A DNA stretch of 64,000 bases from the NCBI GenBank assembly GCA_051294375.1, contig CM119264.1:8926764-8990763 (forward strand), written 5' to 3'. The notes under the pieces were generated by a model. The model saw only the letters and a list, made by a program, of their open reading frames with translations, was not told the DNA's origin and made no database searches. Position 1 is the stretch's first letter. Each line of letters begins with the position of its first letter. The stretch is from Paraspadella gotoi (taxonomy: Eukaryota; Animalia; Chaetognatha). The translations under genes were made by a program, and so were the position numbers. This document shows positions 28,132-38,585 of the stretch, in pieces.

Positions 28132-29152
28132 AAACTAATGTTAAAAATTTTGGTCTATTGAATTCACTTGCTGATGAAGACTCGCAAAAACTAAGAGTCG
28201 AAACATGTACATTAATAAAATAAAATTGCTATTACAACGAATTTTTCGTAAATTTAATTAAAAATGGACACAAAATTATTTATGACGCGGATTTATATAC
28301 ACGAAAAGCGGAGCAGCGTGGCGCAGTGGGAGCGTGCTGGGCCCGTGCTGGGCCCATAACCCAGAGGTCGATGGATCGAAACCATCCGCTGCTACGAATT
28401 TTTTTTTAATGTTAAATTTTGATTCCGATTGAAAGGCTATTTTTGGCTGTGAATTCGCCTCATCTATTTCTTTGGTGTGAGTCATAAAATCACTTTTTAG
28501 GTTAAATCCACTTCGCACCAAGTCAGTGGTCACTTTCCACCTTGTGTCGGTTCCAGCGACGCACGACGTCGATCGCTCTCGATGCTGAGCTTCAGCGTCT
28601 TCTCCTCCTCTCCCAAATCCTCCTCTTCTTGCTCCCACTTCATTTCCTGGCTATCTTCCTCTTCTTCGTCCGGCTCCTCCAATATTTTCGGCGGATCTTG
28701 TGGAGCGGCGCTACCGAGAGGCGCCATCATCGACGCTGACCAAAACAACGCCTGTAATAAATGCAGAGAGTTCAAATCTAAATGATCTTTATGCTACTCA
28801 CTTTGCAAGCAGGAAGATTCTCCCTCCACAATAAACATAGAACAGTGGCAGACAGTTAATCTGGCCTTAATAACAACACAATCATCGCTCGAATATTTAT
28901 AAAATGGTGATTTGGTTTTAGAACCTTTGACGCCGGTTCAAATGTCGACGCCTTCTTCGGATCCGTGAATGAGACGGTCGGTCGACCGTAAGCGCCGTTC
29001 GAAACAGACGCGGCACCGACAGCTCGTCGGTAGGCGTCTCCCTTGACGGGCGCATGGCCGTAACGGCGGGCGGCGGAAGGCATGGAGAACGCCACGGAGT
29101 CTGTAGCGGAATCGGCGGGAGACGCGTATCGCCTAGAAGACTCCGCCGCCAT
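12948..29152 (-). CDS. Very large multi-exon alpha-helical repeat protein with a C-terminal dynein-stalk/MTBD-like module (KY/hillarin C-terminal type)
   Basis: About 20 or more GC-rich minus-strand exons with recurring LxxA(I/L)xxxDxxxLxxA units (LKDAVEEL, LTMALELGDPKSLESA, LRKAMDAGDAVGVKSAL); C-terminal EISEVCSYTKPPHCTELVLRSFLLLLG...TWDKIKQLL...VDRKDVLHSSRPLVVFYRF. Junctions at both ends checked in phase; not every internal junction verified; start ATG 29152 tentative. Confidence 0.7.
15897..15960. mobile_element. Divergent terminal fragment of the TGTGGC...GCCATA family
   Basis: ATGGCAACAG...TGTGATGCC(n10)GGCATCTC matches one end of copies A/B read on the opposite strand. Confidence 0.45.
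16282..16536. mobile_element. Structured TGTGGC...GCCATA element, copy B (255 bp)
   Basis: Perfect 4-bp TSD AAGT (16278-16281 / 16537-16540); multiple GC-rich hairpins. Confidence 0.9.
21987..22110. mobile_element. Structured element copy C (internally deleted, opposite orientation)
   Basis: TATGGT...CCGCCACA ends; perfect TSD GTAT (21983-21986 / 22111-22114); retains GTGAC..GTCAC and AGCCAA..TTGGCT hairpins. Confidence 0.85.
24763..24832. mobile_element. Minimal remnant of the structured element (terminal hairpin)
   Basis: TATGGCG...TGTGGCGGTGTGAATATACCGCCACA; no clear TSD. Confidence 0.55.
25193..25372. repeat. (CT)n compound microsatellite in intron
   Basis: Directly visible. Confidence 0.95.
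27258..27319 (-). ncRNA. Minimal type I hammerhead ribozyme motif (left arm)
   Basis: Reverse complement of the 28156-28217 motif. Confidence 0.65.
28156..28217 (+). ncRNA. Minimal type I hammerhead ribozyme motif (right arm)
   Basis: CTGATGA(28171)-A-GACTC-loop-GAGTC-GAAA-CAT-GTA; palindromic ACATGT stem III; stem I is weak or bulged. Confidence 0.65.
28312..28394 (+). tRNA. Initiator tRNA-Met(CAT) with an 11-nt internal tandem duplication (pseudogene or sequence error)
   Basis: A1:T72 AGCAGCG/CGCTGCT acceptor, GGG/CCC anticodon stem, GATCGAAA T-loop, downstream T-run; GTGCTGGGCCC is present twice. Confidence 0.85.
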
Positions 29153-29159
29153 GGACAAC

Positions 29160-29965
29160 CTTTGGACGGGGCGGATATTTGGGGCGTGGTAACTTGGTAA
29201 GTTCGTCGATAGAAGGATAGATTGGAGGAGTCGGTCGAGTCATCGAAGAAGCGGGACGGTTCGTGGGAGCGACGAGAATATCTAGGCACCCGGGGAACCT
29301 AGTTTTTTGAGGAGCTATGCTGAGAGTTTGGACAGCTATTCTCTGGTTTAAAGGAGCGAGGCGATGAAAGGCCGAGTTTGCGGGAGCGAGGAAAGGAATC
29401 ATTTTTATTGAAAGTACGAATTACAGGGATTCGTTTTTCAGCGGAAATAGAGGAAATTCTTGGTTGATAGGAGCGAGGAGCTGAAGGACGAAGATTAATG
29501 GTGCGAGAGGAGATGGTGCTTGTTTTGGAGGAGAGAGACGAGGTGCGATCTCTATTGGAACTGACTATGAGAGAAGATTCCAGCTCGGAAGAAGTCGTGG
29601 AATCGGATGAATCTGTGAGCGCCATTTCTCTCGAATCAGCAGGGTCGGTTGAAATAGATTCAGAACGGTTCATCGCCAGAGGTCGTGGATGTGCGCGGCG
29701 CTCCCGGTTACGCTCTTCCATCGACTCACGATAATATTTCCGTTAAGATTAACTTTTAGCCAAATTAATTAGCGATGGAATTCGTTCGGGAACTTTGGCG
29801 ATCGAAAAACTCTTTCTACTAAAATTCGTTGATTAAATATCAGCTGAGAAATGATTTATTAACTGGAAGAATATTTCTAGATCTGTGACGAGTATTTAAG
29901 TTAGCGAGGCAGATATCAAGAAAGTTTTACTGAAGAGGTGTGAAAACGTTTTAAAAGTCTGCCTG

Positions 29966-30059
<94 letters not shown>

Positions 30060-30950
30060 TCTACCTAATTTTTCGGTGGGCGCGCCCCCGTCTTTTGATG
30101 CGGTGGCCCCCCAGTTGCGCCGGCCGAAAATCGTCCTCCGTCGATTCGAACGGAAATGAAGTGACGCTGGAGTCGAAGGCCCGATCCCGAAAGGTCGCCG
30201 GCGACCAACGATGCACACGCCGGCGCCGTAAAGGCGACCGGCGCTGATTGGTCGGCGTCGTCGTCGAGACAGCGTCGTCATCCTCGGAAGAGACGAGAGT
30301 CGACGCCGAATCAGACGCGGACCTCTGCGTCGTTGTAGTTATAGTTCCCGTGGAATCGCGAGACGCGTTTGTCAACGACGAAAAAGATGCGGAACTTAAT
30401 TTGGAGGATGGGGGAGCGGTAGAGAGGAATATCTTTGTCTGGACATTTGGTTTTGACGAGTATCAGTGTCTGTTTAGTGTCATTATCTCTCTCTCTTTCT
30501 CTCTCTTTCTACTATTTCTCTTAACTATTTTCGTTTTATGATAGTTTTATAGTTGTGGAGTCTGTTGTGGAAATCTAATTTTCCGAAATCTGTTTACAGT
30601 ACCGTTACTTTAATTTTGAAGTCCTTCTAATTTTACTGTAACCTTTGTACGACGACTAAAAGGTCGTTGAGGCCGCTGAGTGTGTGTTCATGACCGTATC
30701 AGTATATTCATTCATTCATTTATTCATTCATTCATTCTTTCTCTCTCTCTCCGTCTCTCACTCTCTATCCCTTTCCGTCGCCGAGGTTAACGACGACGCC
30801 GACGACGACGGCGTCGCAGTCGAGGGGCTGGGAAGGCGGCGATACTCGAGGACGCGGACGAACGGCTTCCGTCTCCGTGTCGAAGGCCTCTGAAGGGGCC
30901 TAAGGGGCGAAGGGCGGAGGACGAGGGTCTCCGACCTCGATGGGCTGTTG
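29160..30950 (-). other. Probable low-complexity S/T/R-rich coding exons (5' extension of the helical-repeat gene or a separate gene)
   Basis: Exon-like composition and open frames 29299-29721 and 30061-30375 (AG|GTAG donor), but no consistent model could be built. Confidence 0.35.
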
Positions 30951-32598
30951 GACCATGGGGCAAATTCAAATCATGCTGTCTCAAAGATTTTTTTACTTTT
31001 GTAATTTTTAAAACAAAAATGTCAGACGTTTAACTACGCACCTTGATAGACCATTTTTAATAATTTAAACTCCTCCTTATTCGTGCTACTCACCCTTCGT
31101 CAAAGGCCGTCATCCCTGACAGCAGTCGATAATCTCCCCACATGATTTCTTAGTTGAGTTTAAACAGGACAAATTCGATCAACCTTACACCTAACAAAAA
31201 AGTCTCACGATCGAGCTACGTTTATGGACAAGCTTTAATTTCCCCATCGCTAAATAATTACGTAAGAACGTATTCTAAACAATCGCCTTAAGAATTACCA
31301 GCAACGTTGTAACTTAATTAACGGTCAATCGCTTTTTATATCATCTGATTGATTAAATTAATAGATCAAAATGCTTGATAATTTCCCGATTAGATAGGGT
31401 GACTGACATTAGTTCGACAGCTAAGCGTAATGTTTCGTATTTTTATACTACTCGAGAATAACTCTTTGCACCTCTATTTTACATCGATGTTGTCTGACAC
31501 GTGACGCCCTCAATTTAAGTAATTTCCCCTTCCTCTAATTACTTTTTGTTTCTTCTAGTTCTAATTACTTTTCGATTTTTAAACTTAAATTTTTTTTCAT
31601 TCCCATAATTTTTAAGATCGAAATTTCTGTCAAAAATCTGGAAAAATCATGAGCCGAAGAAACGAAATGGTCGTTAGTATCAGTTCGCTTCGATCCTTGC
31701 GAAAAGTAATGAGAATCATGGGAGGAAAAAAAGAGACGATTAATGGTTTAATATAAAAAAAAAAAACATCTGTCACTTATTGTTGATTTTATTTTATTTT
31801 TTTTTTAAATTGTATTTTTTTTCGTGAAATCATGTCATAGTTTTGCTTCATTTGTTACACGATACTGTCAATCTAAGGTCATTGCCAAAGCTCGGGCAAA
31901 GTGACCGTGTGGATTGACCGGCTCGGAGAAAGAGGAGAGAGAAAGGGTTTAGACAAAAGTCCGGTGGTAAGTCGCCTCAATAACAATAAAAAATAAGAAT
32001 AAATTTTCTATTTTTTTCTCATTATTTCATTTCGCGTTTTCGAGTTATATATAATTCGGCTGATGCCAAGGTAATCGTATGATAAGGCCAAGAAGAAACC
32101 GAACTCAAAACTTTAATAAAGCTTAATCTCAAATTGAGCACAAGATTCGATGACCTTTTTTAATTAGGAGGTGAACAAGGCTGCTGCAGCGGAGTGAGAC
32201 AAAGAGATGATTTTTTTGCACCCAACGTTTTTTTTTTTTCGACGACCGTTGATCTCATTAAGCATTAGGCGCCACGATATAAGAATAGTATCTATTATGA
32301 ATGTATTATTTTATTAGTAATGCCTCTCTCTCTCTCTCTCATAATTCATTCATAATATTTTTTAATTTTGCTAATGAATTACAAAGAAGTAATTATTTTA
32401 ACTTCATTAAAAAACAATTAAAAATTAGCAAATTAATATATACTTTTAAACGATTTATTTCAAAGAGAAATAAAAAAGCAGAAAATTCTAAGACATCGAA
32501 AAAGGAAGGAAAAAACGTTTCAACGTCTTCAAAGAAAAAAGATATCAATCCGTAGCAGCGTTTGGTCCTAAACGGGAACCTTCACGAGTCCGATTTCC

Positions 32599-33899
32599 TC
32601 AGCTTCCAACCCGACTTCTCCATCCGCTCGTCGACTCCCCCCTTCTCTTCTCGGTAATGCTGCGGATGAGGCCGTCGTTATTGCGTATCTTGCGAATGGC
32701 CTCCAATGCCTCGTCCAGACTCTGAACTCCCTTGAAGTAGAGTTTGCGGCGAAGTCGATCTTCGCGAAGACCATCGAGGAAGACGTCGAGCAGTCGGTCG
32801 CGGAAGGCCCTCGATTTTATTCGCTCTGGTGACGGTTATGCATAACATACTTATAAAAATTTAAAAGAACCAGAAAAAGTTAACTATTTGTCTTTTATAT
32901 ATATAACTCGCTTTAAGCCTCATTTACGCATTTTTTCTAAATCTAAATCATTTTTTTTAAAATCTAATTTAAATTTTTTTTTTCATTTTTAAAAACTATT
33001 TATCATTACCCGGTGAGTTCATGACTTCACACATGAATTAAAAAGTTTCCTTAAGCCTCTCACCCGCTCCTCCGTCATCGATGGCCAAAAACTCCAAGAG
33101 ATTCTTGCATCTGTGGCCAAAAGCGAATGTCGTCTCGTTGTCCACTTGTTTCACCGTTTCCGCCAATCGGAGCCACTCGTCGCGACTCCTGCCGTCGAAC
33201 AACATGTCGAGTTTGGCGCCGAAATCGCGGAGACTGTCGCCGGGGAATTGGCGCATCAGAGTCTTGGCCGAGTTTCTAATGGTTAAAAATGGGGAGGACG
33301 AATGTGATGAAGAAAATGGTGAACGAAAGAAAGAATAAGTAGCTGTCGGTGAAGGTCGTAAATACTACTGCAGCCACATCGGGTATATCTAGACTGTTAT
33401 AGCAACATTATAGCCCATTATAGCCCATTGGCCAACACCGAGGGAAGTCATTGGGACTATAGTTAGAATGCACGGTTGGGATGGTACTGTTCCCCCTCTA
33501 AGCAATTGCGACGTGAGGCGGTGCGAAAATACCGCCATACTGTCACAATTTGCCCTAGAATATAAAATTTTTACAAAAGGCAAACCTACATTTACGACAG
33601 ATGAGAAATTTATTACTTTATTTTAATCCTAGTCCACAACCTTCCCAGCCCTCTCGCTAACCCCAACCTCGACCCTTCCAGTACCTTTGTTTCTGATCTT
33701 CAATGGCGTCGATGATGACCCTCTTCCCGGCGACCTGATCCAAATAAGGGTCTTTAGAGTAGACGCCGAGAAAGTCGCGGAACCAGTCGTCAAATTTCAT
33801 GGAGGACGTGAACATTTGGAAGAGCTCCTCGCCCTCGTCGTCCACGTCGAACTCGCCGGGCGGCGGGGCCTTCGACGACGTGGGCGCCGGTGACGACAT
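32599..33899 (-). CDS. Retrotransposon Gag capsid-like protein, 3 exons, 217 aa (candidate domesticated gag)
   Basis: Exons 33899-33685, 33275-33064 and 32825-32599 join in phase (654 nt); FTSSMKFDDWFRDF, KQVDNETTFAFGHRCKNLL and RDRLLDVFLDGLREDRLRRKLYFKGVQSLDEALEAI follow the Ty3/gypsy capsid pattern; no pol, zinc knuckle or flanking LTR pair. Confidence 0.75.
33398..33539. mobile_element. Structured element copy D (intron 1 of the gag-like gene)
   Basis: TATAGC...CCGCCATA ends; perfect TSD CTGT (33394-33397 / 33540-33543); shares GAGGGAAGTC, TGTTCCCCCTCT and GTGAGGCGGTG motifs. Confidence 0.8.
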
Positions 33900-35531
33900 T
33901 GCCTCGTTGCTTGGGGACGAATCTGTCCTTTTTCTTTTTTCCTTTTCCCTTTTCTTTCTTTATTCTCAACTTTCGTCTTCTGTTCTTTAATAAACGTTTC
34001 TGTTTATGACGTTTTTAATTTAATCCTTAACCTTTCTTTATTTTGAATTAAAAAAAGTATTGAGTCTCGCAAACGTTTAAAAAGTTACTTAAATACGTAT
34101 GCATGGGTAATTATATTGGCATCAGAGTTTAAATACAGTAACAAAAAAATATCGATCCAGAAAGGACTCGGCAGATTAAACCGGCCGAACTCTGCAGAGC
34201 TGTCGAACAATAATAAAACAGTTTTTAAAAAATGGATGACAAGTTTTGAATTCTTTATTTTTTCGCAGCCGAAACTGAAGAATCATATTACATGTATAGT
34301 ATACATATCCTACAAAAGTTGATTTTGAATCTAATCTTAAAATATTCATAAGTATAATTTCTGATATAGTTAAACGTTTAAAAAATTATTAGTGAGCCCT
34401 AATTTGATCCTTTGCAAGGCAGCAAAAAAATGTCGTGAGGTTACTCAATCTTTTAATCGCTCCACCAAAATAGCCACGCCTTTTATAATTATTTTTTTCT
34501 GCAAAAATAATATATTAAATGTTGAATATATTCTCGTTTTTTATTTATTTATTTTTTTTTTGGTGAAAATTGCGACTTCAGAAAAAAATAGTCAGATGAA
34601 AATTATTACTTAGGAAATCGATGAGCTAAACGGATTGATGGGTGAAAAACAGAGAGAAAGAGAGAAAGAGAGAAAGAAAGAGAGCAAACAACTTCTACCT
34701 TCTAACTCGCCGAACGATTTCGATCCAACGAGAGATGTACGATCACCCTGTAACGAAGGACGACTACAGGGAGTAACTATTAATTCTTGGACGAAAGTCA
34801 GCAAAAAATAAAGACATCCTTAATTTTCAAGTAATAATAAAATTCTAGTAAAGCTTTTTAAAAGAACACCGCAAAACAAGAGGAGATATTTGAGAGTATT
34901 CTTTCCCTTGATTCGACAGGCTTTTCTTCGATGTGCTTTCACCAAATTTTAACATTCGTTACAATTTCTCATCATTTGTGAAAAGTAATCAAACCGAAAT
35001 TTAAACGAATGATGACAACTTTTCTCGTTGCTATTGTGGAAAAGAACAACGATGTCGTCGACTGTAGATTCCGTAACGCAATGTCGGTGTCTAACATGCG
35101 AAAAATTACTCGGCAAAATTGTGCCATGTTATGCCAAATCCTTGTCATTTTAAACCATTATACAACAGCAATCATCAAATCGATTCAGCAATTCGACCAA
35201 CTTGCCTTCTTAGTAACTTATATCCGATAGCCATCGAGGGCCATTTCTGTGAACATACAATCCCTCATATACTAACATTAGTGACCCCAAAAAGCTCCCT
35301 TTCTTAGACTATCAAGCACTATTTCAGCATTCAATAGGTCGATTTCCAGGCTGGAAAAACGGGAATGATTTTCAAAACGTTAGTTTCACAAGAACTTCGC
35401 TCGAATGGTAGAGCGCATATTTCGTACCCACGAAGTATAGCGAACCGTCATTCTTAAATTTACTAAAAATTTGTCCGAAGGTTTGAATTCCATAACTATT
35501 TTTGAGAATACTACTACAAACTTAAATTAAA

Positions 35532-35623
35532 TGCAGTTGACAGGAATTGAACTGTGCGCGGAGACCGTAACTGATTTCTAATCAGTTAGCAATCAGTCGC
35601 CTAAACCACTCGCTTACAACTGC
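35532..35623 (-). pseudogene. Degenerate tRNA-Ser with an 11-nt insertion in the anticodon arm
   Basis: Perfect acceptor GCAGTTG/CAACTGC, CGAGTGGTTTAGGCG D region, long variable arm, imperfect T-arm. Confidence 0.65.
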
Positions 35624-36420
35624 TGGTGTTTTTCGAAAGATGTACTTAGGATTTTTCAGGGATTAATTTAATAATTCACTACGGTCAGTTTTGCTTAAGG
35701 TATATAACAACTTCTATTAGGGAAAATTATCTTTGGTGTTGGGTAACTGGATATGTATTTCTCACGGAACTGAACCAAACATTACGTGTTTAATCTGTGA
35801 GCTTTGACGAGGAAAATAACTCTGTAAAACTTCCCTAAGTTATGAAAATAGATATGGAATAAAGTGATTTCAAACTTAGTAGCTAGGCAAAAATATTAAC
35901 TAATAAGTACAGCTTTAAAAACAAAGCAAAAGTAAATGGAGTTTTTGTTTTATTCCAAATATTTTTTGGACATATAAAAATGAACTATAACTTCAATCTT
36001 TCAGACAAACGGGTCAAGGAGTGCTAAAAACTATTCTGTGCACATTCTACATTTAATTCGATATTTTTTATAACGAGATTAAAGAAAAACAGGAATGTAA
36101 ATTAAAAAAATAATAGAAGCACAATTTAATACCAAAAAAGAAAGTTGGGAGGCGACACGAACCGCTTTTGGATAGAGTAAGTAAAATAGGAAAACAGCAT
36201 AAGTCGGAGACGTTTTTATTACACCGCAATGAGAATATAGCGTTACAACGCTGTTATATAAGTGTTAATAACTAAACATGTATAAATAAATATGATTTAT
36301 ATAATACTGTTTATAATTAAACTGAACTAAGAAAAAAGTTTTAACACAATTTTAAGTCATTTGAAAACAGGTAATTATAATCATAGGTTTCAAGATTTTT
36401 AAAGATTACGTGCGTTTCTT

Positions 36421-38182
36421 TTACATATTGTGCCAAATTTTTCGACCCACTTATATGGGCGATTGGATCTCGAAGAGCACAGGGCCAGAGCCAAATTCGC
36501 CTAAAAAAAATAAAGACCGACTATTAGTTCTACCCTAAAGCAAAATTTCATCTCATTGAGAATCCAAAAACAGGAACGACGATAAAAGAAATCTCAAAGA
36601 GAGAACATTACACAGCAACGTTTTCATGAAAAATAATTAGCCAAAAGAAAAGTTTTACCTCCATATCGGATAACTTCATCCGTGTTTCTCCTGAACCTAA
36701 AGGTTGGAGCTCTGGGTTCACGATCCAGGACGCGGTCGGCGTCGTTCGCGGGTTCCAGGGTATAGCTCGCGAGGTTGGAGCAGGCGTTGAAGATGTAGGG
36801 GCCGTACTTTTTTAGCTCCGAACGGCGAAGGGGCCCGTGCGACACGCGCATTGTGCGGCGAATTACTTCTGCCTTAGGCATGTAATCGCCACGCTGCAAA
36901 TTCAAGCACTTGTTTCACAATACGAATATACCATTTTAACTCAAATGCTATTTTTTTTTCCAAAAAAATAAAAAGCAAAAAATAAAAATTCAATTCTTTT
37001 TAAAACTTACAATTTATTCCCATTCATTCTACTCATTCCATTCATACTCATTCATACTATTCAATTCACCCTGAGCTTGACGATGAGCTCCCAAACGGTC
37101 TCCGGTGGTTTGACGACCGACCGATCCAGGTCCATGATGAAGCAGCGCCTCTTGTCGACATCCTCGATCGCCGTCTTGGCGACCTCGAAATCGTGGAGGA
37201 TGCGGGCGCGCTGCCAAGTTCCGATCTTCGGCACCTCAACGATCTCCAACGAGTCAGAAGGGATTTCCACGTGTTCCGTGAAGGCCCCGGAACTAAAAAT
37301 GGTGGGATAGACTCGTAAATAAAGAATAATTTGATGCGTAGGGCGTAGCGCAGATAAATAAATTAATAATTGGATTAAAATTTATACATAACAGCAGTAT
37401 ATGTCTGTGTCAGTGAAGGAGATATTTGTTGTGCTTATACGAGATGACGGGAATTGTGTTTAAAATTATCGACTACATCGTAAGTGACCTACCTGTCACC
37501 ATCCAAGTATCCGACTCCGCAGAATCCACGACGTTTGGCCAAACCGTAATTCTTGTGCCAGAGATAAAGTCCAGTAACGAGGCCGATGGTCACCAAACCT
37601 ATAAAGTGCCAAGAAAAAATTTCAAGACGTTAGAAAATGGGGGAAAAAAAAAAATTAAGATGGCATTTAGCTAGATATTTTTTCCCTTGGATACAAAAAG
37701 CGAAGTTTTAAAAGAATTATCGCAGTAAAAAAAATTTACATTTTACTGCCCACATAACAATTTTTATATTCAATGCTAATATGATCCCAGCCAGACCCCA
37801 GCCCCACCGAACCACTGACCGCAAGCGAGGACAAGCGCCAGCGTGACGCATCCCGAGCAACGGCGTCTTTTTGACGGTTTCCTCACGGAGATGGCGACCG
37901 GAACCGGGAGCGTTTCCCCTTCCGGAAGAGTATCCTTGACCAGAGAGGAAGAGAAGACATTAAAATAAGTGGCAAGAAAAAGTTATAAAATACTAAAAAC
38001 CTCAGATAAAAAGAAAGAGGGAGAGACAGAGATAAATCAATGTGAAAAATGAAGAAAAAAATTGTGAAGGAGAATGACAGGCGGCGTCGCCCGGAGCTTG
38101 CCTCTGGTTTGCACGGGATATCTCCAATTTCCGGATCCGGGGGTTTGTACGGCTTCTCCGGCGCGACTTTTATGATTGTCAT
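36421..38182 (-). CDS. ITM2: Integral membrane protein 2 (ITM2/BRI-like), type II TM plus BRICHOS domain, 6 exons
   Basis: MTIIKV start; TM CVTLALVLACGLVTIGLVTGLYLW; GFCGV; BRICHOS ARILHDFEVAKTAIEDVDKRRCFIMDLDRSVVKPP...GDYMPKAEVIRRTMRV...YGPYIFNAC; furin-like RFRR near the C-terminus. Confidence 0.9.
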
Positions 38183-38577
38183 TTTGTTGAAAAGAATCCG
38201 AGGAAATCAACGGCTGGGCAAGAAAGACAAAAATAGTTATTACTGCGGGTTGTTAGGAAAATGTAATGACGCAATACATAAAGGAAACAACTAACAATTT
38301 ATAATATAAAGGAACTGTTGAAAAAAATATATATAGTGTACCTCAAGAATTTGAGGAAACCCATTTCTCTCAATCAAAGTCGAGAGATATGAGAAGAAAG
38401 ATGAGAAGAAATGAGTGGATGATGAAGAGACGATGAGAAGAGATCAAATATCGGGAGGAATCTATTCACTTTTTATTTCCTCCGCCACAAATTGGGGCCC
38501 CGAGGATCGACACGGCAACGGCGCAACGCGGAACAAATAAAAAAAAAGGGCGTTGGTCTGTAGCGACGCCGACACCG

Positions 38578-38585
38578 TGACGTCA
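38578..38585. promoter_or_regulatory. Palindromic CRE (TGACGTCA) in the CpG-rich region upstream of ITM2
   Basis: Exact 8-bp CRE ~400 bp upstream of the ATG; function not demonstrated. Confidence 0.35.

Larger units (their letters stand above)
27225..28249. mobile_element. Penelope-like inverted pseudo-LTR pair (~362-bp arms, ~300-bp spacer)
   Basis: 27225-27586 is a near-perfect reverse complement of 27888-28249; each arm carries a hammerhead core followed by AATAAA. Confidence 0.7.
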
